A stretch of DNA of 62,816 nt, counting the filler, from Myxococcota bacterium (GTDB lineage Bacteria > Myxococcota > Myxococcia > Myxococcales > Myxococcaceae): assembly GCA_049322255.1 (NCBI GenBank). It is 2 parts of 2 records of this genome, joined end to end, with 100 filler letters (N's around TTAATTAATTAA, not from the genome) between each part and the next. Parts side by side here need not be neighbours in the genome. Positions count along the whole stretch, not along the records: positions 31,601 to 62,816 come from JBMORE010000037.1; 1 more part is not named here. One strand, 5' to 3'. Under the pieces are notes generated by a model. It did no database searches, was not told the DNA's origin, and saw only the letters and a program-made list of their open reading frames with translations. A program made the position numbers and the translations under genes. Below, piece after piece: positions 37,260-46,585 of the stretch (positions are counted from its first letter, which is position 1; every line of letters begins with the position of its first letter).

Positions 37260-39496
37260 CCGAAGAAAACGAGCGGCTGCGAAGACGCCTGGCGGAGATC
37301 GAGGAGGAGTCGCGAAGGCTGGCGGCGCGGCTGCAAGACTTGGTCACCGACAGCGAGGCCCGCTTCTCGGCCATCTTTCGCGACTCGGCAGTGGGAATTT
37401 TGCTGCTCGACCCCTCCGGGCGGGTGGCGATGGCCAACCCCGCGGCGGCACGCATCTTGGGCTACACGCAAAACGACTTGCGCGGCACCGCGGCCTCCGA
37501 GCTGTGGAGGTTGGGCGCGCCGGACGACGACGTGCTCTTCCACCAGCTCATCGCCGGCCACCGCGAGAAGTACCGCCTCGAGCGGCGCACCTTACGCGGC
37601 GATGGCGCCGAGGTATGGGTCAGCCTGACGGTGTCGCTCATCCGCGGCGCCCAGCAAGACCCGGAGTACGCCTTGGCGATGCTCGAGGACATCACCGAGC
37701 GCAAAATCGCCGAAGAGCGCGCGTTGTCGCTGCTCGCCGAGCAGGCCGCGCGCGCCGAGGCGGAAAGCGCCCGGCGCCGCATCTCCTTCCTCGCCGAGGC
37801 GAGCGTCGCCCTCTCCGCCTCTCTCGACCCCAACGCGACCTTGAGCAAGCTGGCGCGGCTGGCGGTGCCCCTCCTGGGCGACTACTGCTTGGTCGACGCG
37901 CTCGAGGGCAACACCTTGCGCCGGGTGGCCGAGGCGGCGACCAACCCGGCGCTGGAGGAGGTGCTGCGCCGCATACCCCGCGAGCCTTCGCGCTTCGCTC
38001 GCGGCGGCTGGGAGCACCAGGTGCTGCGCAGCGGGCGCACCCACCTGGTGACCAGCGTCGATGGCCAACCGCTCACCGCCGAGGGGCCGCCCGAGCAATT
38101 TGACCGCGTCGGAGGCGCCGCGCGCCCCGCAGCGGTATTGGTCGCGCCCTTGCGCGCCGCCGAGCGGTCTTTCGGGGTTCTCGTGCTCGGGCGAATCGCC
38201 ACCTCCCGCCCCTACACCGACAACGAAGTCGCGCTCGCCGAGGAGCTCGCTCGCCGCGGGGCGCTGGCCATCGACAACGCCCGCCTCTACCAGGAGGCGA
38301 TGGAGGCCAACCGCCTCAAGGACGACTTTCTAGCCATCGTCTCTCACGAGCTGCGCACGCCGCTCACACCCATTCTCGGGTGGACGCAGATTCTCCGCAC
38401 GGGGAAGAACGATGGCGCGACGCTCAAGACCGGCTTGGAGATGATCGAGCGCAACGCGCGCACCCAGGTACGGCTGGTGGACGACCTGCTCGACGTGTCG
38501 CGCATCATCTCGGGCAAGCTCTTGCTCGAGACGCGGCCGCTGGCGCTCGCTCCGGTGGTGCGTGAGGCGATCGCCGCGGTGCGCCCCGCCGCCGACGCGA
38601 AGGACATTCGGCTGACCGCCGAGCTCGATGAGGCCGTTCCAAAGGTGATGGGCGACTCGACACGGCTGCTCCAGGTAGGGTGGAACCTCCTGTCCAACGC
38701 GATCAAGTTCACCCCCCGCGGCGGCCGGGTGGAGGTGACGCTCTTTGCCGACCAGGGCCGCGTCGCCCTACGGGTGGCGGACACGGGTGAAGGAATCGAC
38801 CCTGCGTTCTTGCCCCATCTCTTCGAGCGCTTCCGGCAGTCGGAGGCCGCCGCCACCCGGAAGCACGGAGGGTTGGGGTTGGGGCTGTCCATCGTGCAGA
38901 AGGTAGTGGAGCTGCACGGAGGCTCGGTACAGGCTTACAGCCCGGGCCTGGGCCAAGGAGCGGTCTTCCTCGTGCACCTGCCGTTGACCACGGACGCTCA
39001 CGGCGCACCGAAGGCACCGCAGGCGACCTCGGAGCAAGCGCCGCCGACGGCACAAACGACGACCGTTCGGCTCGACGGGCTGCGTGCGCTGGTCGTGGAC
39101 GACCAACCCGACACCCTGGCGCTCATCGCCAAGCTGCTCAGCGACCTGGGGGCGCAGGTGCGCCTTGCGGGCTCGGCCGCTGACGCCTTCGCCGCCCTTC
39201 AGACCGAGGTGCCCGACGTCTTGGTCAGCGACATCGGCATGCCCGGAGAAGATGGGTATTCGCTCATTCGGCGTATCCGCCAGCTACCTGCGCGCGAGGG
39301 GGGACGCGTGCCGGCCATCGCCCTCACCGCGTTTGCGCGCGCCGAAGACCGCGTGCGCGCGCTGGAGGCGGGTTTTCAGAGCCACGTGACCAAGCCGGTC
39401 GAGCCGGCCGAGCTGGCCGCGGTCGTCGCCAGCCTCGTGCCCAAATCGCCCAAGCGAAAATCGGCGACGAAACCGCGCGCGCGCCGGCGCGGATAA
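37247..39496 (+). CDS. PAS-GAF hybrid histidine kinase with a receiver domain
   Basis: PAS domain ending DITERK, GAF domain, SHELRTPL, NLLSNAIKFT, GLGLGL, and a receiver domain (VVDD, SDIGMP, KP). Confidence 0.96.
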   Translation: MEGLAEENERLRRRLAEIEEESRRLAARLQDLVTDSEARFSAIFRDSAVGILLLDPSGRVAMANPAAARILGYTQNDLRGTAASELWRLGAPDDDVLFHQLIAGHREKYRLERRTLRGDGAEVWVSLTVSLIRGAQQDPEYALAMLEDITERKIAEERALSLLAEQAARAEAESARRRISFLAEASVALSASLDPNATLSKLARLAVPLLGDYCLVDALEGNTLRRVAEAATNPALEEVLRRIPREPSRFARGGWEHQVLRSGRTHLVTSVDGQPLTAEGPPEQFDRVGGAARPAAVLVAPLRAAERSFGVLVLGRIATSRPYTDNEVALAEELARRGALAIDNARLYQEAMEANRLKDDFLAIVSHELRTPLTPILGWTQILRTGKNDGATLKTGLEMIERNARTQVRLVDDLLDVSRIISGKLLLETRPLALAPVVREAIAAVRPAADAKDIRLTAELDEAVPKVMGDSTRLLQVGWNLLSNAIKFTPRGGRVEVTLFADQGRVALRVADTGEGIDPAFLPHLFERFRQSEAAATRKHGGLGLGLSIVQKVVELHGGSVQAYSPGLGQGAVFLVHLPLTTDAHGAPKAPQATSEQAPPTAQTTTVRLDGLRALVVDDQPDTLALIAKLLSDLGAQVRLAGSAADAFAALQTEVPDVLVSDIGMPGEDGYSLIRRIRQLPAREGGRVPAIALTAFARAEDRVRALEAGFQSHVTKPVEPAELAAVVASLVPKSPKRKSATKPRARRRG

Positions 39497-39601
39497 TCCA
39501 GAAACCCTCGTTCCCAACCGCTGCTCCACTTTGGGGCTTGCGCCTCGTCCAAAATCGATCGCCTTGGCACCCCGCCCTCCTGGTTCTGCGCACTTAAAGC
39601 T

Positions 39602-39617
39602 TGGCCACCGGTTTGCT
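39602..39617 (+). promoter_or_regulatory. putative sigma54 -24/-12 promoter
   Basis: TGGCCACCGGTTTGCT has GG-N10-GC spacing and TTGCT, 50 bp upstream of the MBL gene and upstream of a bEBP gene. Confidence 0.65.
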
Positions 39618-39667
39618 CCCAGGCGTTTCGACCGCGGCAGCCGGATCAGACCGCGCGGAGGCGAACC

Positions 39668-40507
39668 ATGGAGATCAGATTCTGGGGCGTTCGAGGGAGC
39701 GTGGCAGCGTCGGGCTCTCAGGTGGCGCGCATCGGCGGTAACACCTCGTGCCTGGAGGTCACCCACCAGGGACACCGGCTCATCCTCGATGCGGGAACAG
39801 GAATCCGCGGGCTGGGCGAAGAGCTTCTCCACGCGGGCCAACCGGTGTGCGCCACCCTGCTCTTCTCCCACCTTCATTGGGACCATGTGCAGGGCTTTCC
39901 CTTCTTCACTCCGGCATACTTGCCCACCTCCCAGCTGACTCTGTACGGCCCTCCGGCGGGCACCGAGGGAGACTTGGCATCGGTGCTCGCCAAGCAGATG
40001 GAGCCACCCAACTTCCCGGTGCCGCTCTCGGCAATGCGCGCGCGCCTGCGCTTTTCGACCGCGACCCCCGGGGCGCCGCTGGAGATCGGCCCGTTTCGCG
40101 TGCTTCCCTTCAAGGTGCCGCACCCGCAAGGCTGCTTGGGGTACCGGATCGACGCGGGGGAAAAGCGCTTCGTCTACATGACCGACGTCGAGCTCTCGTT
40201 GGCCACATTGACGCCCCAGATTCTCTCGGCCATGGAAGGTGCCGATGCGCTCTGCCTCGATGCCCAGTACACCCCCGATGAGTACCGCGGGGCGAGCGGG
40301 CCCTCGCGCAAGGGGTGGGGACACTCGACGATGATCGACGCCGCCCAAGTGGCCTGCGCCGCTGGCGCCAAGCGCCTCTTCCTCTTCCACCACGACCCCG
40401 CCCACAACGACGACACGGTAGAGGCGATGGCCGAGGAGGCGCGCAACCACTTCGAGCGCTCCGAGCCGGCGCGGGAAAACAAGCGGATCATCCTCGGCGC
40501 GGCCTAG
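39668..40507 (+). CDS. metallo-beta-lactamase-fold hydrolase (phosphodiesterase/RNase Z-like)
   Basis: FWGVRGS, GGNTSC, HLHWDH, WGHS and FHHDP motifs. Confidence 0.92.
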   Translation: MEIRFWGVRGSVAASGSQVARIGGNTSCLEVTHQGHRLILDAGTGIRGLGEELLHAGQPVCATLLFSHLHWDHVQGFPFFTPAYLPTSQLTLYGPPAGTEGDLASVLAKQMEPPNFPVPLSAMRARLRFSTATPGAPLEIGPFRVLPFKVPHPQGCLGYRIDAGEKRFVYMTDVELSLATLTPQILSAMEGADALCLDAQYTPDEYRGASGPSRKGWGHSTMIDAAQVACAAGAKRLFLFHHDPAHNDDTVEAMAEEARNHFERSEPARENKRIILGAA

Positions 40508-40578
40508 AGAAGGAAAGCGGCGACCCGGTGAGTTGCTATAGTCCCAGCGCGGCGTTCCAGCTGCCGCCCTTGCCCTCG

Positions 40579-42081
40579 ATGTCCCGTCCTTCGACCGAAG
40601 ACCCGTCACAAGTGCTCTTGTCGATCGGCGGGCTGGTCGGGAAAGAGATCAACCTCGACGACTTTCTCCAGACGATCGTCGATCGCGTGGCGGTGACGAT
40701 GCAGGCCGACCGCGGCACCCTTTACCTGATCGACCCGGCGCGCCAAGAGCTCTTCAGCCGTGCCGCTCACCTGCCCGAGCTGTCGCAGATCCGTCTCCGG
40801 CTCGGGCAAGGAGTGGCCGGGTTCGTCGCTCAGACGGGCACGCCGGTGAACATGCCCAGCCCCAGCGGAGAGAGCCGCTTCCACCCCGACATCGATCGGC
40901 TCACCGGCTACCAGACCAAGTCCCTGCTCGCGGTACCCCTGGTCGATCGAGCCGGGGAGAATTTTGGCGTCCTCGAGGTGCTCAACCGCCGGGGAGCGCC
41001 TCACTTCTCCGACCAGGACCTCGCCTCGTTCGTCGAAGTGGCGACTCAGGTGAGCGGGGCGCTGCAGGCCACCAGCCTCTACCAGGAGCTGCGCCGCGCG
41101 AAGGACGCGCCCCAGAGCCCGGTGGGCTACTTCTTCAACCGGGTGATCGGCGAATCGGCCCCGATGCGTGCCGCCTACCGGCTGGTGCAGAAGGCGGCCT
41201 CCACCGACGCCACGGTGCTCATTCGCGGGGAGAGCGGCTGCGGCAAGGAGCTGTTCGCCCGCGCGGTGCACGTCAACTCTCTGAGGCGGGCACGCCCGTT
41301 CGTCAAAGTCGACTGCGCCGCGCTCCCCGCCGCGCTCATCGAGAACGAGCTGTTCGGTCACGAGAAGGGCGCCTACACCGGCGCCGACCACCGCGTGGAG
41401 GGTAAGTTCGAGTCGGCCCACGGCGGCACCGTGTTCATCGACGAGCTGGGCGAGCTGCCGCTGTCGGTACAGGGCAAGCTGTTGCGCGTCTTGCAGGACC
41501 GGGAGTTCGAGCGCGTGGGTGGCACGCAGACGGTGAAGGTCGACGTGCGCATCGTGGCCGCCACCAACCGTGACCTGGCGAAGAGGGTGGCCGAGGGCCA
41601 ATTCCGCGAGGACTTGTACTATCGCGTCAAGGTGGTCGAGCTCTTGCTGCCTCCTTTGCGCGAGCGCGGGCCCGAGGACATCGAGCGGCTGGCCCGCCAC
41701 TTCGTCGCCGCCGCCGCCCAGCGGCACCGCATCGAGCCCGCACCCCGCCTCTCGCCTGCCGCGATCGACCGGCTGCGCGCCTACCACTGGCCTGGGAACG
41801 TGCGCGAGCTGGAGAACTGCATCGAGAGCGCGGTGGTGCTCTGCGAGGGCGAGGTGCTGGCAGAGCATTTGCCCCTGCCCGAGCTGCGCCGTCGTCCGAC
41901 CTTGCCTACGTCCGTCGGTGACGAGCGCATCTTCTCTTTGGCCGAGGTGGAGCGCGCGCACATCCTCGGGGTGCTCGACAAGGTCGCCGGCAACCGCACC
42001 GCGGCGGCCAAGGCGCTGGGCATCGGCCGCAACACCCTCGCCCGGAAGCTCAAGGAATTCGGGCTGGGTGATGACGCCTAG
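40579..42081 (+). CDS. GAF-domain sigma54-dependent Fis-family enhancer-binding protein
   Basis: GAF domain; [21 protein letters not shown] and WPGNVREL motifs; C-terminal HTH. Confidence 0.96.
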   Translation: MSRPSTEDPSQVLLSIGGLVGKEINLDDFLQTIVDRVAVTMQADRGTLYLIDPARQELFSRAAHLPELSQIRLRLGQGVAGFVAQTGTPVNMPSPSGESRFHPDIDRLTGYQTKSLLAVPLVDRAGENFGVLEVLNRRGAPHFSDQDLASFVEVATQVSGALQATSLYQELRRAKDAPQSPVGYFFNRVIGESAPMRAAYRLVQKAASTDATVLIRGESGCGKELFARAVHVNSLRRARPFVKVDCAALPAALIENELFGHEKGAYTGADHRVEGKFESAHGGTVFIDELGELPLSVQGKLLRVLQDREFERVGGTQTVKVDVRIVAATNRDLAKRVAEGQFREDLYYRVKVVELLLPPLRERGPEDIERLARHFVAAAAQRHRIEPAPRLSPAAIDRLRAYHWPGNVRELENCIESAVVLCEGEVLAEHLPLPELRRRPTLPTSVGDERIFSLAEVERAHILGVLDKVAGNRTAAAKALGIGRNTLARKLKEFGLGDDA

Positions 42082-42099
42082 CGGCGCGCTTCGACTAAA

Positions 42100-43851
42100 A
42101 TGCGCCCCGTGCAACGTGCATTCCTCACAGTTGCCGCCGCCGTGGGCAGCGCGCTCCTGTTGTGCGCCTGTCCCCCACAGGGTGGTGTGCACGTGGAGGT
42201 CGAAGGAGATCTCGCTGTGGGCGCCGACTTCGACTTGCTCTCCGTCGAAGTCGCGCGGCCTACCGGCGAGGTGCTGACGGTGCAAGAGCTGGCTTTGCCC
42301 GAGCTGTCTGCCCTACCCGTCTCCTTCAACTTCCTCTCCGGTCCCACCACCCCGGTGGGAACATCGGTGCGCGTCACCGCGACGGCAACGCTGGGAGGGG
42401 CAGACGTCTCCTCGGCCAGCGGCACCATCGAGCTGAGCGGAGGCGAGGGCGCGCGTTTGACCTTGACCCTTCGGCCCGCGAGGCGCCCAGAGCGATTGGC
42501 CTTCGTGACGCAGCCACAAATGGTGAGAGCGGGCGCCTGTTCGGCCGCGGCCACGGTGGAGCTGCGGGAAAAGACCGGGGGCGCTGGCACCGCCGACGCC
42601 TCGGTGCAGGTCAGCCTGAGCGGTGACGACGGTGGCCTGGTGCGTTTCTTCCTCGACCCGACCTGTGACGCCGGCGCCACTTCGGTGGACATCGCTTCGG
42701 GCCAAAGCAGCGCCAGCTTCCACTTCGCTTCGCTCACCGGGCTCACCTTCGACGCCGTCGCCTCCTCCCCAGGGCTGATCAGCGCCCAGCAGACGCAGAC
42801 CATTCTCCCCATGGTTCGCCGCGGCTCTTGCGCCATCGACGGCGGGCAGAGCACCGTGCGGTGCGCCATCGACCCACCACAGACCGACCTCGCCCGCACG
42901 TTGCTCGTCTTCCAGGCAAGCACCAACGACGACACCCCGGCGACCTCGAACGTGCGCTGTGCGCTGGCGGACGCGGGAGAAGTCTTCTGCCAACGCAACG
43001 GCGACGGCGGGGTGGCCGAGATCGAGTGGCAGACCGCCGAGCGCGCCTTTGGGCTCAACGTCCAGTCCGTCACCTATGACTGCAACGACGCGGCGACGGT
43101 GAACGTCCCCATCCAGCCGGTGTCCGATGCGGGAGCGACTTTCCTGCTCTCCAGCCGCCGCCAGCCCGGCAACAGCCAGGGCAGCGAAGACTTCGCCACC
43201 GTGGAGCTGGTGGGCAGCGACACCGTCCGGCTGAGCGCCTCGGCATCCGCCTCATGCCAGGCCACCACCCAGGTGGTGGAGCTTCAGGGCGCCAACGTCT
43301 CCCGTGGGGTGACCGGCGCGATGACTGGCCTGTCGCTCGCGGTGACCGGGTTGGCTCCAGTCGATCTTGGAAGAACGTTTCTGCTCCTCACCTTCCGAGG
43401 AGTCTCCAGCGGCAGCGCCATCTGTCAGTGGATGGTGCGCGGAGAGCTGGACTCGCCGACGTCGATTCGCTTCACGCGCGGCAACGGCAACGCCGCGTGC
43501 GCTCCCTCGCGAGCCGACGGAGGGTTCTTGGGAATCGAAGCCGTTGCCTGGGAGCGCGTCGAGCTGCCTGCGCCCACCCGCGTAGAGCAGGTGAGCCTCA
43601 GCGTGGCCTCCGGGGTGGGCTTCGCCGAGGCAGTGGTCGCACCTGTAGACCTCACCCGCGCCCTGGTTTTATCGGGCACCCAGGGCGCTTCCGGTCAGGG
43701 CGGCGGTGAGAGCGACTTCACCGGAAGCGACCGACTGGGAGCGACGCTGGGAACACACCGCCTGGCCGCCCCTGACACGGCGCGCGTCACCCGCGGTTCC
43801 ACCTCCGGCGCCACCCGGTGGACCTCGTTCGTGATCGAGCTACAACCCTAA
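42100..43851 (+). CDS. lipoprotein with an Ig-like domain and four tandem beta-sandwich repeats
   Basis: Lipobox LCAC; repeats TDLARTLLV / SDAGATFLL / VDLGRTFLL / VDLTRALVL, each closing with a (W/Q)xxxE motif. Confidence 0.8.
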   Translation: MRPVQRAFLTVAAAVGSALLLCACPPQGGVHVEVEGDLAVGADFDLLSVEVARPTGEVLTVQELALPELSALPVSFNFLSGPTTPVGTSVRVTATATLGGADVSSASGTIELSGGEGARLTLTLRPARRPERLAFVTQPQMVRAGACSAAATVELREKTGGAGTADASVQVSLSGDDGGLVRFFLDPTCDAGATSVDIASGQSSASFHFASLTGLTFDAVASSPGLISAQQTQTILPMVRRGSCAIDGGQSTVRCAIDPPQTDLARTLLVFQASTNDDTPATSNVRCALADAGEVFCQRNGDGGVAEIEWQTAERAFGLNVQSVTYDCNDAATVNVPIQPVSDAGATFLLSSRRQPGNSQGSEDFATVELVGSDTVRLSASASASCQATTQVVELQGANVSRGVTGAMTGLSLAVTGLAPVDLGRTFLLLTFRGVSSGSAICQWMVRGELDSPTSIRFTRGNGNAACAPSRADGGFLGIEAVAWERVELPAPTRVEQVSLSVASGVGFAEAVVAPVDLTRALVLSGTQGASGQGGGESDFTGSDRLGATLGTHRLAAPDTARVTRGSTSGATRWTSFVIELQP

Positions 43852-43862
43852 GTCTCGACGCC

Positions 43863-44738
43863 TCACAGGCCCTGGGAAAGCAAGAACGCCCCGCCCAACC
43901 CGCAAGCCATCGCCCACAGCCCCCGCTGCCACCACCCTCGCCCCCGGCGCCGCGCCTCCCCCAGCGCGTTCTCGGAGAGAAAGACGCTCGCCGGCCCCCG
44001 CGGCGCGCCACACAGCACGTAGGTGCCTTCGGAGGGCCCCGCCACCAGGCGCCCGGCGACCAGCACCCAGGCGCCGAGCTTTCCCACGCGCTCGAAGGAC
44101 AAGGCCTCGACCCCTGTCTCGCCCTCGGCCAGGGCGAAGGTCCACCGTGGCGAGGCGCTGCAACGACGGATGGATGGCGTCCCGTGAACACCGTCCTCTC
44201 CCAGCCGCACCGCCGCCCGATGACGCTCTCCCACCAAGTAGATCAGCGCCGCCTGCGCACGTTCGACCGAGAGCAACGGCCCTTTGCCGCCGCCGGGTGC
44301 CAGCGCACGCACCTGGGCCTCGAAGAAGGCCCCCACCACGCCTCCCGGAGAAACCACCTCTCCTTCAGCGCCCAGCCGCCCGCGGAAGACACCGCGCACG
44401 CAGGCTCCCTCCTTTGCCCACCGCACCGCCTCGTCGATCGAGATGGGAGCGCTCGCCATGAGCAGCTCCGCCCCCGTGCGCGCCCGTCTCGCCGAAACCA
44501 CCAACACGCCGGCGCCACCCAGGCCCACCAGGCCTACGCAGCGCCAAAGCACTTCTCGCGACAACCACTCCACAGGGCCCGCCAAAGCCCCTGAGACAAC
44601 CACCGTCAACAGGAGCCCGACCCCTGCGGTCAAAAACCAGGGCCGGTCTTGCCCCGGCCGGGCGTAGACCGCCACCGCCACCGCCGCCCCGCACAGCACC
44701 GCCGCGTACAGCGGCGCGAAGAGCCACCGGACATCCAC
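43863..44738 (-). CDS. membrane protein, possible GIDE-like domain
   Basis: Three N-terminal TM helices, a beta-rich soluble domain (ERVGKLGAWVLVAG...VFLS) and a C-terminal TM helix. Confidence 0.55.
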   Translation of the reverse strand: MDVRWLFAPLYAAVLCGAAVAVAVYARPGQDRPWFLTAGVGLLLTVVVSGALAGPVEWLSREVLWRCVGLVGLGGAGVLVVSARRARTGAELLMASAPISIDEAVRWAKEGACVRGVFRGRLGAEGEVVSPGGVVGAFFEAQVRALAPGGGKGPLLSVERAQAALIYLVGERHRAAVRLGEDGVHGTPSIRRCSASPRWTFALAEGETGVEALSFERVGKLGAWVLVAGRLVAGPSEGTYVLCGAPRGPASVFLSENALGEARRRGRGWWQRGLWAMACGLGGAFLLSQGL

Positions 44739-44797
44739 CGCCGGAAGTTGAGGCCGAGGCGCGAGGACGGCAAGCGCGGGGGCCGGCCGCTACACGT

Positions 44798-45616
44798 TCA
44801 CCGCGGACGCCCGAACGCGATGCGTACTGCCTGGTTGAGCTCGTCGGCAGAGATGGAAATCGCGTGGCGCTCCAACGGACTTCCGGCCAGTGAACAATCC
44901 ACGGTGGCTTGGGAGCCAATCGCCAAGCGCACCCTCTCGACGTGGCGGCCCAAGGGCTCGCGCGGCTCGTCCTTCTCTGGCAGATAGAAGAAGGCATAGT
45001 CCACGAACCCGGCTTGCTCGCGCACCTGCGCCGGAACGCCGGGCGGGGTGTCGAATAGCCCGCGCACGCAGGGCAGGAGCACCTGCTCGACGTACTGGCG
45101 CGCCTTGGCATCGAGACCGTTGATGCGCGCCGACACCATGAGGGGGCGCCCCCGCTTCCCCACGAGCTCTTCGGCGCGCACCTCGAGATCGGCCAGCGCG
45201 CGGGTGATCGCCCGTCGAAGCGCGGCTTCGAGCGCGGTCTTCTGCCACGCCGGCTTGGCTGGGAGCTTCACGCGCCGCACGTCGCGGCCGAAGAGCTCGG
45301 CTGGCCGGTGGAGGCTCTGCGCGGTGACGGTGAGCTGGTCGCGTTCAGCTTCGATCGCGAGCGCGAAGTACACGTCTCCTCCTGCTTGGTGAAGCGGCGC
45401 GGCCAGCTTTCGCCACGCCACCAAGTCCTCCTCGGCGAGGGAACTGACGAACCCCAAGCGGACAAACGCCTCGCGCATCGCCTGCTCCAGCGGTGGTCCC
45501 TCGTCAAGGGCTCCCTCTACCCGCACGTGGAAGCGGCACTTCGAAGCATCGGCGCAGGCCGAAAGCTGGAGATCGGCAAACGTCGTGGAGGCAACCAGGG
45601 CAAGCGCGGCAAGCAC
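44798..45616 (-). CDS. hypothetical secreted protein
   Basis: Signal-like N-terminus; high-GC3 reading frame. Confidence 0.65.
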   Translation of the reverse strand: MLAALALVASTTFADLQLSACADASKCRFHVRVEGALDEGPPLEQAMREAFVRLGFVSSLAEEDLVAWRKLAAPLHQAGGDVYFALAIEAERDQLTVTAQSLHRPAELFGRDVRRVKLPAKPAWQKTALEAALRRAITRALADLEVRAEELVGKRGRPLMVSARINGLDAKARQYVEQVLLPCVRGLFDTPPGVPAQVREQAGFVDYAFFYLPEKDEPREPLGRHVERVRLAIGSQATVDCSLAGSPLERHAISISADELNQAVRIAFGRPR

Positions 45617-45652
45617 GGGAGCAACCTATCACCGAGCAACAGGCGAACGAGC

Positions 45653-46585
45653 TCACGAACGAGGAAGCGCCAGGCCGATCTCGAGCTGGCCCCCTGGGAA
45701 CAGCTCGACCTCGGCACGCGCCGAAAATGACGGCGGAAGGAGCGCCTCGATCATCAGCTTCCCCGCAGGCACTCCCTCGAGGCGGAAGCGGCCGCCAGGC
45801 CCAGTCACGATGAAGAACGGATGCGCCAGCACCACCAACTGGCTCTCCTCCTCCGCCTCGCGATGCACCGCGCAGCGCACACGAACGACGCCGTAGGGTT
45901 CACGAAAGGCGAAGGATGCGCCGCCGCCGGCGAGCGCGGGAATGTTGGCCACCCAGCCCCCCTTCTCTTTGGCCGCCACCCCGGTGTGCAGCCGGCGCTC
46001 CCCGGAACGCAGCACCAACGGCTGGCCGACCTGCACGGCCGTCAGATGAGGCAGAAAGCCCTGGCCGCTGTTTTCGAGCACCACCGGCGCCTTGGGCGTG
46101 GCGAACACCCAACCTTCCAGCCCCTGGGCCACCCACACCAAGACGCCTGCGCGTCCCTCCCCGTCGGCCCCGACCACCCTGCCGCTGAGGACACCGGTCG
46201 ACTCGGGGGCAATCGGCGTCGGCGAAGGCTTGGGCAAGGCCGGCCCGAGCACGCCCGGAGTGGAGGCGAGCGCGGTCGACACCCGCGGCGGGCTTCCCGA
46301 GAGCACCCAGGTGGCGACCAGCACGGAGGCGGTGACCACGAACTTGGCAGCGGTGACCTCGAGCGTGTGCAGCCAGAAGCCCTTCCACGCCCATCGGCGG
46401 CGTGAGGCGAGCAGCGCGGCCACCAGGAAAGGAATGGGCAGGTAGCTGTAGAGAATCGAGCCGTCCACATCCCACGGGTGCTCCCACACCGGGCCTAGAC
46501 CGACGAGGAAGAAGAGCACCACCACGCCCAGCACCAACGCCCGCGCGCGCCGAGACAGCACAGGGTAGCCGCCGTCGGCGTTCAC
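45653..46585 (-). CDS. membrane protein with a carboxypeptidase-regulatory-like / cupredoxin-like domain
   Basis: GTGA overlap with the kinase stop; three TM helices; GVLSGRVV, VRCAVH and HPFFIVTGPGGRFRLEGVPAG motifs. Confidence 0.8.
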   Translation of the reverse strand: MNADGGYPVLSRRARALVLGVVVLFFLVGLGPVWEHPWDVDGSILYSYLPIPFLVAALLASRRRWAWKGFWLHTLEVTAAKFVVTASVLVATWVLSGSPPRVSTALASTPGVLGPALPKPSPTPIAPESTGVLSGRVVGADGEGRAGVLVWVAQGLEGWVFATPKAPVVLENSGQGFLPHLTAVQVGQPLVLRSGERRLHTGVAAKEKGGWVANIPALAGGGASFAFREPYGVVRVRCAVHREAEEESQLVVLAHPFFIVTGPGGRFRLEGVPAGKLMIEALLPPSFSARAEVELFPGGQLEIGLALPRS

